A DNA stretch of 64,000 nucleotides, taken from the NCBI GenBank assembly GCA_040954595.2, contig CM082580.2, forward strand, positions 11,484,909 to 11,548,908, given 5' to 3'. This document shows positions 1 through 14,900 of the stretch, piece after piece; within the stretch, counting starts at the first letter, position 1, and each line of letters starts with the position of its first letter. The DNA comes from Balanoglossus misakiensis. Lineage: Eukaryota; Animalia; Hemichordata. A model generated the notes under the pieces. The model ran no database searches. It was not told the DNA's origin and saw only the letters and a list, made by a program, of their open reading frames with translations. The translations under genes were made by a program, and so were the position numbers.

Positions 1-3000
1 CCGATGGAACTGGCAGAATTCAGCGCCAAGGTGTGATTTTCATGCTTGAGATACACGTTCAGCTTGCTTCCCTTGTTGATGGCACGTTCGTCGATGGTGT
101 CAGGAACTGACAAGTTGATGAGTTTGCTACAGAGACAAGAGACAGAGAGAGAGAGAGTGAACAGATTGCTAAGGAAAGAAACTGAATCCCAAATTTTGTA
201 TTTCAAGGTGGCACAATGCCATATCTGCGAACTATGGCCAATACCACATACAGGCTTCAATGAAACAATACCATCTCTGACAGTACTAACCATAATAAAA
301 TACCATCACCACCACTTTTGAAAAGTGCATCTGAATTGGGGTCCAGTGGTAATTTCTCCTTCAAGTCTGGGTCGTCTCCAAGATTAGCATTTATGTACTC
401 TGAAGGAAGGAGCAGAGAGACAAAATGCCACTTAAGTATGAGATCATGGTCTGTAGTACATTACAGAAGAACAGAAAATAAGTGATCTACTGCTGTGTTG
501 AACCCTAATATTTAATCAGCCAAAGAGCTTATAACCAGCCACAGACAAACAAGTGTCTGTAACACCGGAAAGGATTTTCTTTGAATCACAGGGAATTCTT
601 TGAATGAATGCCTCGGGCACTCAACAAATATATCTGAACAAAGGTCTTCTTTCATCCAGACTTCCCTGAACTCAAACAAAATGATGTCTGTATTTCAACT
701 ACAGGTTGAAACTGGGTTTAGCTGGTTCTCGAAATAAGGATGTTTAGTAAACAAATGTGATCACACACCAACAAAGGCAAATCTCTCTTCTTCAGAAACG
801 GAATGTGTAGTTCCTTCGCTGGAGGCTTCTGATGTGCCACCCCTAGCTTCAATGCCTTCTTTCTTGGAGAGAGCCTGCTTGAAGGTGCGGGCAACTTCCT
901 TGGATTTCATGTCTGAATACATCTGTTGGCAGAAGAATGACACTCATTTCTTCAAGTGGATAGAGAAGTTCAATACTATGAACCACATGTACTTTGAAAC
1001 ATGAAGCAATACACTATACAGTGAGCATATCATTTTCCTATGGTGGTGTTGGCCTTGAACTACCTGCCTCCAGGTATGAACCAGTTGCTGAAACATCACA
1101 CTGCTGCATGATTAGAGAGCCACATAAAGAATCTACACAATTTAAATTTTAATGCAGTTGATACACAGTGCATGCCTGAGTCTCCATGAAGATTATTAAT
1201 ACTTATCATGGTGGCGCCACCGACAGTTTTCATATCTCTATTAATTTGTATGCACACCAACTCTCCCTACCGCCCTCCCTACCTCCCCTTCCCTTTCTCT
1301 GGGCTAATGGATTTGCATTTAAAACAGGTTCAACAAATATTGAGAACAAATTATAATCTTTCACTCAAGGCAAATATATAAACCATCTTCTGTATTTTTC
1401 TGTATTCTTTTCGTTTCTGTATACATCCCAGAATATCTTGCCTGGCAATTTACCAGTTTTAAATTTTTGCTTGGAGTATCACATCACATCGCCACTGATA
1501 TGATACGGATACAATTATGGATACCTCAGCAAACAAAACGCACAGTTATGTAGCGTGCGACCGGTAATGGTTTGGTTTCAGGTTATACCCCGGGCGGGAC
1601 TGGCATCGGAGGTCAGCAAGGGGCCAGAAAAAGAGACCCAGCAAGGCCTTCTCAGATCCCCGGTGGAACTCCCCTCAAGTGACATGTAAATATTTTACTC
1701 AGTAACGCAACACCTCGCTGCAGTTCAGTGGTAAATAATGCGACAGACTTCAATTCTTTGGCAGATAATGCAGGGACATGGGGTCAATTAGCGGCAGTGT
1801 TCTCTTGCAGTTCTCTCTCGTATCATGTGTGCCATGAGACTAGGGTAAGATGTAGGTCAGAGGGCAGTTGATTAAACTAAACCCAAAGTGCCGATGCAAT
1901 GTTAATAAGTACTTCATTATATCCCCTGGTCAAGATCTTTCAGGTACCAGATTATAACACTAGCAATACTGCCCATGTTTTCTGTTTTCCGAGCAACAAT
2001 TGAAATGCACTGTCTGGACTACATTAACTGATCAAAAATATTGAGACTTATAAAACTGTGCTCATTATGTCTTCTGTGAGTATAAAACACATTAAATGTA
2101 CCTTAACATATGCCTGGCATGTCTATGAACAATACACAATAAAATAATATTTTCAATAAATCAATGATCAATAAATTAATGGCACTATTTACATGATATC
2201 AACAATATTACAAGCCTAGGTACATAGCTACGTGGCCACGTCTACAAAAAAACTTCTGAGACATATTTGGAGGTGGATACTTACAGAGATAAATTCTTCC
2301 AGTTCAATGGTACCATTTTTGTCTCTGTCAATCTCGGCGACGATCTCTCTCAGTTTGTAACCTGGTAGGGTCATACCTACTGTACTTAAAACTGATCCGA
2401 GCTCTTTTGTTGTAATATGGCCATTACCGTCCACGTCAAACTATACATGAGCAAAGATCAATAGAATGGGGAGACTTTACAGACATACAGCAAACACAAG
2501 TTGGCACTTCCAGTTTGCATTTTTCACGTATTTTGCATCACAGAATATCATGTATTCGGTTGGAGCATCCGATATATGCAAAATAGTGAAAAATGCACAG
2601 TAGGAGACAACTATGATGTATGTAGTGGATGTGTCTTCATACAGCAATAATATGATTACAATATGACTTAATGAAAGAGCCAAACACGTAAAAGCATTTC
2701 TGATTTTTGTCTCAGATATACGATGTATGCTTGCATTTTCATAGGATATGATGATGATTTCAATTGTATTTTCTTCTGTTTGGACACACATGCAGCTGAA
2801 GTTGCATGTTAGAATTCTCTTCTTCGTGTGATAAGCTCTCAGTCCCGCATTTTTCAAAACAGGTGTTCTGTATTTTTTACAATGCAATCGTCACAATCAC
2901 AGTGTTTGGCATGGTTTGATTGAGTGTTGCAGCTGACAAACAGAACCTCTTTCTTTTCATGAAAAATACAGGCTTGAGAGCAGCTCAACAATGAAGAGCT

Positions 3001-6000
3001 GTCATTTGATAGCAGAATACAAATGTTGCATACAAAACACAAAACAATACGAGAAACACAAAACACGGAAAACAGGAGACAAACACAAACAACTCCCCTC
3101 TAAAGCACCTCACCACATCTTTCCAGAACCTCAAATATCAAAAACTCATTTTTAAATCCCATATTTTAACTACTATTGTACCCGCAGCCAAGGACAGGTG
3201 CTTTTTGGTCACAGTTCACAATAGTGTATGCTTTTTTTAATATCACATGACATGACTATTGTTTGAATAACATTTTCAATCATGAATATTATAATTTCTT
3301 ACAGAAGGAACTATCTCTAAAAGTATTGTGCAACTCTGGGCTTCTTATTTCCTTTTCCCATTGACATAAAATATACAATTATGCCTGCAGCAAATTACAT
3401 GGAAGTGAATGCTGATATTGTTAATCACTGCTGTGCGGTGTTATTTAGTGAGACAGTTTGATTGGAAGAAGTGAAACTGACATGAGATTTACGCTGGCAC
3501 TGCAGATTATCGTCTGATTGACACAAACAGAACAAAGTTATGCCGCATGGCCGTCACCGTATTATCAAAGAAATGTTTCTTTCAACCGGGAAGTAAGAGA
3601 CTGTTCTGGGAAAGTAATACTTCCGTGAAACATTAACACTTCTCAAACACTATAAAATTTTAAAATTTTTACTTCTCACATCCAGGTTGGAGTTACAAAA
3701 ATTCACAGATATGAAATGTACTAATGAGTTGACACTTGTGAATTTCACTGGATTCTTGTTCGTAGTTAGTGTGAATTTCACTGCATTCTTTTGCATAGGG
3801 CCTACTTTTATTTTCTGTTTAACTGCCTTTGGATAAAGCATACAGTGACTTCTGACATGCTGGCGTTATTTACATGCACACTGCAGAGACATACTAGTAC
3901 AACATGCAGGCAAATAATTGCACAGGCAAGTTCGCAGCAAGAGTCTGGTGATGACGTTTATGTCACACAGATGTCTTTCCAGCAAGCAGCGTACGTTACA
4001 CAGCCTTTGTGAAGTACCGGTACAGGCATTTACTAGTAGCCTTTAGGAAAGGAAATGAAAGAGACAGCCAAAAAAAAGGAAGGAACAGAGTTTGCAAAGT
4101 ACTGATAGTGTTTGCTTAGGAAGGCAGTGGCCACATGCCAAGAAAAGAGCTTGGAAGGATCAGTGTTTAATTAGTAATGCGAGAAAGATTGCTTGCTGAA
4201 ATGCTAGAAAAAGACATCCTGGAAAATATATGATAAGGTCGGTTAGTATCATGAATAAGACAACAGTATGCAATGGCAAAGCAAAGAAGATAAGGAGAAA
4301 TTGATTACATTGGAAATTCACAGTAACAATAGACTTACCCTATTCAAGAGAAAGAAAATTATTGAAATGGAAACTGATACAAATTTGATATGAAACTGTT
4401 TGATTCTATTTGAAATATTTTAATGATGGTGAATGAATATTTCTTTTATTTGAAGGTTAAACAAGAAAGGTGTATATATCAATACGTGAAAACTGCAGTT
4501 GAAAATTCCCCTGAAGGGGATACACTACTTAATTTCTTGGTTTTTAGACATCTGCTAACTCACTGTAGATTTACTGTCAGCTTTAGGGTTTGGCTCGCCC
4601 TGTTTTGGTGGGAGTGTTATTTACTCAGGACAATGACTACTGACATTAAAACACACAATAGGAGGCATGCTCTAACCCTCTACTGACCTGTATTGGGAAA
4701 AGAAAGTTGTAAATTATTGTACAATGTGGTGAACATAAAACACCTGATTTGGAATAAAATCAAAGTTGATAAAAATACACACATCTGCACTGAAACGAGA
4801 ACGGTTGCTATGGAGACCTGATTACTGCCTGGAGCACAACACACAGTTAAAGTAGCTGTCGAAATAATTTCTCTTTTCAAAAAATTTTTAAAATATAATT
4901 TTTTAACACAATTGTGTTCCTTCAGTTAGCACTTATGTTTGAACAAAAAGTGATTATATGTATATTCACATCGTGGATCTGAGATCAATAGTCCACTGGG
5001 TGTAAGATCAATGGCAGCGGAATGTCACCTTGTTTGTTGTCAGGTTTCTGACTTCCATATATGGAGATAATTGACTCTAGCAGTAGTACAACACACAGTG
5101 GTATTTACAACACTACTTCTAATCTAAGCACACCTACATTTTGAATATACATGTACAAGTCTTGGCAAAAAAGTTCACACAATCGGCAATGTCTCTCCCG
5201 CATGTTTTTCATAATACTGATAAACATCATCATTCTTTTTCCAAATAATACACAAAATTAGACAGACAGGTATTTCATTTTAATAAATACACAACCAATG
5301 TTCAAGAATAGCAAAGGTTGGAATTTGATCACATGTATGTTTTACCTGGCCTGGATGTGTAGCCAGCAACGTGGCCAAAAACAGAAGTACACAGTACACT
5401 CAGCAAACTGCTGCACTTCTATAAATCACAACAGTTATGAGAAATCATATTTATAACAGTTTAGCTATGGCGCCGGTGGGTCTATTAAAAACTGCCATAA
5501 AAAAATTAATTTATGTTATTGCATTCAAGCACAATTTCTTTTGCTGAAACTGTGAAGGAACTACATTCCAGACATCCAGCCAAGATATACACAGCCCACA
5601 ACCTACAATTTTAGTGTCCCTGGTAGTAACTCTTTTATCTGCCCCACCTAACACGGCAACCTTTGACCTCCTTTGACTAGAAATGGCACCACCTGTTGGA
5701 GTGATATCTGATGACACAACTCTTCAAACTGAACTGACCCTTGCTATCAATGGGAGAGACTGTTCCTATCAATGCAGTTGATGTAGTATTTCTATTATCT
5801 AGTCCGTCGATACCAACGCACCAACAGATAATGACCCTATCTTAATTACGGGTGGCAAAGTTCACAGCCCAGTCATGGTCTGGCCACTCCCTGCCCTGTG
5901 CCAAATTGGAGCAACTCAGAAAGTTATACACTAAATTTGGCAAGTCTCGCCATGATTCACACAAAAACTCACAAAAGGTAATATCAGTGCTCATTAAATA

Positions 6001-9000
6001 AAACAGGTCTTGCACTCCAGGGAGGTCCAGTTTTAACAATGTCCAACAGTCATTCACATTGGGTCCCACATACCATACATGAAACTTCATGAATGACTGA
6101 ATTTGTAAAGCTTTTTTGTGGCATTAACTGTCTAGCATGAGCTACGAAAAATACATGAGTTGCAACATAAAACAAGGGTAGTATACCAATTACAGTGTAT
6201 ATCTCCAACATTGCACTGACCTACATTAATTAATCTATAACTGGTCACAAGTTCTTTACAAGTGACAAGAAAGACTGAATGGAGATCACTTATGCTAAAT
6301 CAAGAATCTGGGTTGCTGGCAGTTTATCACAATACATGTGTACCAAAGAGAATAATGAAACCACTGAATGCTTGTTCAGGTACAATGGGTACAGTAATAA
6401 GTAGAGGGGAACTGTGAACTTTATCAGATGAACTAGTAATGGTTGTGTTTGACCATGTACATCAGGCATGTTTAAACATGTCAAGCTATGAGTTCACCTC
6501 GTATCAGCTTTGACAAATCAAAAGCCAATATGCATTGTCTGTTGGATCAGGCAGAAATCTATCCTAGTATTTATTCCACCATCAGCCAAAAAGCCTGAGC
6601 TTTTTGTTGATCACCGTACCAAGGGCGAGTTTAAAGTCCATTTCCAGATACTTGCCAGTCGCCCACTGAAGCCATAAATTTCAATCATTGGGTCTTTTAT
6701 TTCTTTTAAAAGACATGAACAGAAAAGCCATGTTAAGGGTCAGGGATTTTGACTGTCTATGCTAATCCTCCTGGCCATTAATTATGTTACGCCAACGATG
6801 ATGGCCTTACACTGAAGTCATCGAAACTGACACACTTTTAATGTAATGGTGATGGATTACGAATTTACATAATATCAAGAAGGTAGGATGTAATCCGGTG
6901 GAGGCAATGTGGAAGGTAGAATAATCTCCATGTTAGAAAACAGCAGATTAGATATAAACATGCATGATATTGATAACATTGATATAGGCCACTTACACAT
7001 CAGACTTGAAGACAGAAGGAAAGGCATTTTTATCACAAACTGTAGATTTTGGTAGATTGGCCAGAATGACTGAAAAAGTCAAAGACTGCCACACCCTATC
7101 ATGTGTGTAACTGGCTGTAACTGTACAAAACTGAGTAGGGCTGTGCTTTGTGTTTGTGAGGTGAAGTCTGAGGATGGTAACAGTGATATTGCATGTATGA
7201 CAAAGCAATGACAAAAGAATCAAAACCTACACGTATGTACGTGAGACAGGTCTTTATGAAATTCAGGTGTGTGGGTGGAATCCCACAGAGGAATCCTGCA
7301 GGGGAAATCGAGGTGTGTGCTGGTTGCTGCATTTATTACTCTACTAAAAAAAAGGTGGGTGTCTCCCCGGAACTATGAAAGCTTTCCTTGAACTTTGGCC
7401 TCTTTTTTCACAATAAGGTACACAAATCACCCTGTAAATGGAAACATGGCCATTCCTTGAAGTTTTTCCCAACTCTGACAGGAAAGGCTTCCTTAAATAT
7501 CTCCTGGAATCAGTACGCCGGGTCAGACAAAGAGTGACCCTGCTGCTGATCAACCGAACACAACCACTGAATTGACATTCTTGGATGTACAATGCCCTAC
7601 AGTTTGCACAAAGCCACTCCCTGCACACAACTACTACTAGCAAGTCCACATTAAATATTTATTCTGAATAACCACAACAGAAATATGATTCATGGCGCCG
7701 CTATTTTGCAGGTTGTTCTTCACAAGCATTATTTCTCATCTTGAATAAAACACACCCTGAGTTACTTAACCAGCTAGGAGACAAAACGTCAAGAAACAAA
7801 TACACTGGTCTCTCTTCATGGGAATTGCACCTGTCTGGACTTGACACTTCTCATTGTCAACTATATCGGGAGAAAAAGTGCACTCTTAGCACTCAGCATT
7901 CTGAAGAGTGGTTGTTAATTGGAGGTGTTCTGTGTTATCATTACACAATCATGTCACCCACATGTTATGAATATAAACTCAGTCTCCATATGAAATGAGA
8001 AATTGCTGGTACAGAAATAATTCAATGATTATCAGCTTTAACTTTTTGTTAGTTACATAATTACAACAGGCCGAATTATCATCAGAGAAATAGAATTTCA
8101 ATAGCCCTCAAGGACAATGACACAGTTGCCATAGAAATCGAGGTCTCTATGTGGGAAAATTTAATCCTGTATGTAAGTCATTTATTGAAAACCACTAGGG
8201 GCTTAGAAATATAATAATTCATTCTTTAGCTCATGTGATAGGTCAGGATCATACAAGTTTTATATCATCATGAAAACCATCAACTGGAATAAACTGGAAA
8301 CATTAATCACTAACTGAATTATCTCATTTTGATCAACTTAATGCCTATATATTTCACATTTAGATGGACACTTATCTCTGGGTTGTATTGATGACCTCTC
8401 CAATCTTGAGCTCACGGCTCTACATATCAATTAATCGTCTGTACTCATTTCAAGGGATGTTCTAGTTGTATATTATGTAACATACACAGGTAACAACAGT
8501 TGATACATATCACTACCTGCTTTTCATAAATTTCAATCTGATTTTTTCATCAATAAACATTCATTTTTGTTAGAATTTTATTTTCAAGGTATTATGCAAG
8601 TGACCCTACAGAATATGACGTATTAATGACAACAATGTTTCATTTCATGATTACTACTGTCATTTGATTTTGAACACTGTCGTTTGACTGACCTGTTTCT
8701 TTCACTTTGCGGATTATATAAAACAGAAACTAATCACAACAAGCTTTAAAAAATCTGTGTTAAGCAAGTAAGATTTTGGATTTTAAAATTTTATTTACAT
8801 CATCGCTGGTCTCAATGGAAAATGCATTCATTTACAAGCGCTCTATCCCTATAATTACTTAGCAATTAGCATGTACCACAATGCTTAATTCTTTGCATAA
8901 TATATCAGTAGGATACTTCTTCAATCAAGGCCATTCAAACATTCTTTTCAACTTTTTTTGTATTGTTGAGCACTTAGACTTTGGAACAACATCAAGCAAT

Positions 9001-11084
9001 AAAATGCCAAGTGGATTGTTATAGTACCCATTTCTTGCAGAAGGAAGCATCTCTTGAACTTAAAAGTTAAATGGCCAAGCTTCCTTTTTACACAAGCACA
9101 ACTAACAATTCCTTGGCTGGTATACTAAGGAGTTTCCCAATAACCTTTGACCCAATCATTTTGTCCGCCTTTTCAAAAACAGGCTTTTAAAGATGCTTAG
9201 CAACAAAACGGGGGTCAAACAGATCTCATTGTCTCTATTCAGTACCAGTGGAAAAGTTAATTCTGGAATTTGACGACAAGCGATCGGTTAAATCACGGCT
9301 TATGATGGTTTAACAGGATCGGGAAAGCAGAAGTCCCGGATAAACAAAGTCAGAATCCTACACAGATATTTCAGTTCAAAATCAGGAAAAGCCGTGGCTC
9401 AATCAATGAGAAGGGTTTACAAGAAAATGTCAAACTACCATCCACAAATGCTGTGTGGTTTACACTACAAGCAATAGCCCTGAATATTTGACCTAAATTC
9501 TTTGGCATTAAAAACAGATACTAAACTACTAGCAACCGAGTCTCTGATGATTACAATACCAGAATCTTGCAACACCTACACCTTAGAACACCTACGCTAT
9601 GCTAAAGTTGTCACACCCAACATACAAATATATTCTATCAAATATAAGTTGATTCTGGGGCAATTCCTGTGGGTAATCAGGTTTCACCCAATGACCTATG
9701 CATAAAACAGACAGACAAAAGGACATCATACAAGCCAATATGCCTTGAAAATACCATACATGTTCCAGAATATTCCAACTATAAAATGCAAATCTGGTCA
9801 ATACAAACTTTGACTGTTATGAAAATATGTCAACTGTGTTATATCTTAGGGTAAAGGTAAACATTGATGATCAACATAGTGGCATTTAATATTTTGGGTG
9901 ACAAATGCATGAATCACTGCACTGAATGTTCCGTTCCATACATTGAATTACAGACGTGACAGGGACAGTCCCCTTCGCTGTGCATTTGACAAATCCATGG
10001 TAACACACCTATGTCGATGGCATCTGTATTGCAAATGGGAGACAAGCTTTATCTCTGATCAAACTGATTGTCAAGTTCTATTTTTGATGGCAGAATCTAA
10101 AGGAGATGGCACAAACCCTAACAGCAAACAGCTTATATAGGTTTAATTGATAAGTATTACTAGTTTCTTAAATTCTTAGGGCGACCACTGCAACCTAGAG
10201 TGATGTCATACAAACTCTTTTTGAACTAAAACACAAAATGTTAATAATTTTATGTTTTAAAACATTATCTTTTAAATTATTTTATACTGGGAACTAAGAC
10301 TTTGTAAAACACTGGTGTCATATACAGGTAGTGTCTATATTTACATTTGACTCAATATCATCTGAGAGGAAGTTCAAATGCAAGGGCACACATTCAATAC
10401 TAAATAGTAATTTGAAAGTTAAAAATTTAAGTCACCTACTCATTTGCATATGTCAATCCGCATGTTTATTACATCCAAACACATGTCAATTTCACTCTAT
10501 TTCAGAACGGCTTTATTCACCGACACAATACGGAAATAGGTATTCGAGAAAACGGTTAATGCAGAATGGGTATTATTTCTTACTCTTTATGTGATTATTC
10601 TGATTAGGCCAGTCAAACCTTAAAAAAAGTAAATGACTAAACAGCTACCTGAGTGAAGCGAAAATAATTCCCCAGGCTAGGGCGACAGAATACAGTGTAC
10701 ACCTTGTTTCACAGGTCAGTTGACAGAAAAAAATAGCGAACATAAAATGAAAACATGTATATCATTGGGTTTAATCCAGGCAATGCAAATTGTTGTGTTC
10801 TGCAATGTAATCAGTTCAATACAACCGTTCTCTCCCGAATTTCTTATGCAAATGTACGTGGCAGCAGTCGGCAACGCCAACGTTACTACTGTTGGGGACC
10901 GAGACATGTTCAGACGTGGTGTCGGAAACCGCTACCGACCCAGCGTTTCGCTCGATGCACAAAGACGACAAGCATAAGCTTAGCGCGTCATAACGGCACA
11001 CCTTACCTCAGCAAAATTATGCCGAATTTCATCGAGAACGTCCAAAGTAATCTGGTGCTTAGCGCATAATTCATCGTCCGCCAT
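1..11084 (-). CDS. PLS3: Plastin/fimbrin (EF-hand + calponin-homology actin-bundling protein), 5' part; continues beyond the window start
   Basis: Exons 11084-11007 ([26 protein letters not shown]), 2440-2285 ([15 protein letters not shown]...[16 protein letters not shown], two EF-hands), 922-769 (...[15 protein letters not shown]), 399-291 ([37 protein letters not shown]), 126-1 ([18 protein letters not shown]...[17 protein letters not shown]1). All introns are GT-AG and phase-compatible. The paralog number cannot be assigned in an invertebrate. Confidence 0.95.
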
Positions 11085-11090
11085 CTTGGA
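11079..11090 (-). promoter_or_regulatory. YY1-type motif (AAGATGGCGG) overlapping the plastin start codon in a CpG-rich promoter
   Basis: CCGCCATCTT on + at 11079-11088; local CpG enrichment at about 10850-11200. Confidence 0.45.
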
Positions 11091-11992
11091 CCGCAGCTGA
11101 AAGGCTCGTGCTGCTTGAAGCTTGGGCGTAGGTCTGGCTGCTGTCACGTGAAAATATCGTTATCGCTTAGTTTGTAGTCGCGAATTCTTAAACAATGATT
11201 ACATACAGCTCACCAACAGAACAATTAAACAACTCCATTGACGTCTTTAAAGCATTACAATTATTATAAAAAACGATAACAACACAATATATTGGAAAGT
11301 TGAGAGTAAAACCTGTCAAGCTTTAGCTATCTTGTGACTGGATATGTTCGTAATTAGTGTCAGGACTCCATCACTGGCACATGAACTCACCTGAGGTCAA
11401 AGTAAACGTCTCTCTGATTGGCGACTGCTATTTATCATTTAACTGTCTGACCGAAAACCGGTGTGGGCGATCACCTTTATACAGGTTGTAAGTGTGTCAG
11501 CAACTTACCGCGTAATGCAAATGTATAAGATACCCTGCTAGACACAGGGCAGAGGGAAATATACAAGCAAAGATGACATCACATTATAAAGTTATCAACA
11601 CGTCACTTGATTGGTCGAAAGTTTCATGATACTTCGTTTCCTGACATAATGCCACGTGTGTCATTCACTATTTTTACTTCCATGATTCAGACGACCATAA
11701 AGGTGGCCTTATAAGGAATGTGTGCTTTTCTTGGTTTCATTTCTCCTTCACTAATAAATTACTTCGTCAAACAAATAACTGTTCTGAAGAAATAATTGAC
11801 CAAAATGTATCATATTCCAGTGAATTAATTAAACTATATTTGCTAGGATTTTATTAAATACCACAGGGACTAAAAATACCACACAACACAGTTTTTGTTT
11901 TTAAGACAATCATAATTTATTTGTCTGGGTCTAAAATTTAATAGTAATGTAAACATGTACAAGACTAAAAAATAAAGTTAATAATTCAAATA

Positions 11993-14900
11993 TTATCTTT
12001 CACTTTCAACTGAAGACTGCATACTTTTTCCAAACAATGAGTTGTACAGTTCTGTCCTGCAAGATAAAAAAAACATGACATCAAGATTAAACAACAAAGC
12101 TAGATAAAAATATCGCTACAGAAAAAATCACAAAATTGCCATGTTTCTGATCATTGATCAAGCCACATGCACATAGGTTATTGTTTGCACACTCGCTGTC
12201 ACTAGGTTTACTTAAACACATCATACCTTGATTCTTCCTGGAGAGTGCATAAATCAACTGGTGCCATGAAACTCACTAATTTCTGATGCAAGTCATACCT
12301 AAAAGGACAAAGGGTAAACAACATGAAGTATCAGATAATCAAATCTAGGGCAAATGGCAATAAAACTAACAGCTCCATGAAAGGACATTAAAACAAAGCA
12401 CATGTGGAAGTATAATCTCTGGTTTCGTGTCAAACTTATCCTGGGCTTTTATCTCAAATGCATTGAAACCTGCATGTTGAGTTTCACAGTGCTATGATAA
12501 TGATATAAGTTGAAACAAATCACTGATTTCAACCACTTTATCTAGGAAATACGCAATGTAACAGACAAAATTGTCTCTCTTATTCTGATGACAATTTCAG
12601 AATCACACGCCATCCTGATATTCAGGGGAAGGTAACCAAGGGTGATTTTTTTGCAGATAAGTCTCCTCAGGGAAGTTGGTTAGCTGCAAACAAAGAATTT
12701 TATTAAAGGAAACTGAAATATGATGATGTAGATCACAAAATTAATCATTACTTCTCTAAAAACTTATTTATAAAAAACATTACCTTAGTTTCCTTCCTTT
12801 GCTGGCCTTTGTGTCAACGTTCTTTTTCACTCTGCTTCGTAACTTCTGAATTTTTAACCACTGCCTGCGAGTCAAATATAAAAGTGGAAATGCACATTAT
12901 CAGATGCCATAGCTTGTGAAGTGTTTGGCTGGATTACTGTCTGACTGTCTCAATTCTTAGCAAGTCAATCGAACCATCTTACACCCCAACCTTTTAACAA
13001 ATCTCACAAAAAGGAAATGCCACCTTAATCACCATGCTTCACACATACTTAACAAATCCTACCTATCTTTCACACCCTGCAGTGATAACATGGTAGTGTA
13101 AAAATTGACAAAACTGTCGACTATAAGTCACCTTGGGAAAACTGCAACAGTGAAAAACAACTGAATAAAATAAGTTCTGTCTTTTAAGTAGAAAGACAAT
13201 AATGCTGCTCCTCACTATTTAAAAATATTAACAAATCAGTAACACACTTCCTTTATAGACACGGACAAATACAGAGGCACACACATAAAACCCTCTTCAG
13301 CAGCCTCAGATTATCACCATCTTTTCCATCCACTCTGAAACTGAAGTACCTGCTTCTCATTTTAATAACTCTAATGAACACAGTGAGAATGAATTCAGCC
13401 AACTGATAGAATGATAACAAATGGAGCCATACCTTCCAAGGGCAATAGGATCTGATGTATTCACTGTACGTTTTTCAATTAGCTCCCTTAGCAACTGTAA
13501 CACAAATGAAGATGATAAACACCATCAAATATTAATAGATTTTTGCTCAAGATATAATTGGCAAGCGACATGAAGATATACACACATCCCGTCTGTCTAA
13601 CAATCATTTTATTGTGAGTAAATGGTGACCTGTGCAGGACTTGAAATCTGGTTTCCCAAAGTCAGTTGAGATCTGCACAAACTGAGCTTCAAAAGAAGCA
13701 TATTACACCAACAGATGGTGGGTGACTTTGCCTCAAAAAAAAATCTTCACTACTTCAGCAAAGATAGTGCACTCTTTATAAAAGCAGTAACAGTATCAGT
13801 ATAAATGTTTATGAACAACCCTGAAGGCACAAGTCACCATACCAACGTGTCATTTCAATCACGATATATCTAAGTCTTGTGGGCTCTTATGTTTCTTGAA
13901 GGATCACTTTTGTTGTAAGTATAAATATTTAATGTATACAATTTTTAAATGACATAGATATATCTACAAGCAAACCATATGCAGAAAAAATAAACATGGT
14001 AAAGAATACTGGTACAGATTGGCCAGTTCATTTCATAGAAATTGTAATCAACCATTTGAACTTTTTTTATCATTTTCACTGCCGGCTAAAGAAAATTGAC
14101 CAAAAATTAAAGACATAGATTGCCAATCATAGCCATAGAGTACATAGTAAATTACAGTTGTGAATTCATGCATGAACAAAGAACATCAATCAGAGTGAAA
14201 TTAATTCCACACAGGTCACAGAGAACTCGTAATTACATGGTGGATGATTTCACTGATCCAAATTAATTACTTTTTTTAATAGAAGGACAATCTCCAATGA
14301 AAGTACTCCACTTGCACTGTTGCCATAGTTACACAAAGATTAACATACCTGATGATAGAAGTCGTCATCATCAAATATTTCTTCGTCATAATTTTTGAGA
14401 TGGAGGTCAGTCTTGGGAAGTAACTCCTGCAGACCAAATATGAATAGAGCAATACGCTTACTGCACAAAAGTATTTTACCTCTCATTTCTTAGCGACCAA
14501 GAGACTAACAGAAAGGTCAAGAGGTCAAGTGAGCAGCATCTGCAGCCCCTAGTACTGAGGTCAAAGTTCAGACCTAATGTGAATACCTTGAATACTTGGA
14601 TAACGTAGCAGAACAACCTGTCCCGTTTGCAAACTTTACGCATAACTCTCCAGGCAGAATTTTGGCAAAAGTTCAGTTATTTTGACCCCGATAAAAAGTC
14701 AATTGTCCACTAAGGAGTTCAAATTTCATGCACTATCACGAATGTATACCAAAAGATAAACTCAACCCCACAGCAATTATTCACTGACACTATATTAGTT
14801 TCTGTTCTGTTACACTTTGCTTCTTAGGGGCTACTCAACCAATCAGATTCACTTTGTCAGTCTGTTTGTCTGTATGTCTGTCTGTCTGTGGGATTTAGAT

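Noticed and set aside
5346-7998. Short ORFs and a 73-nt exon-like segment in plastin intron 1 (nested gene or retroelement)
   Set aside because: No RT, transposase or other domain motifs are recognisable, and the 73-nt segment would frameshift plastin.
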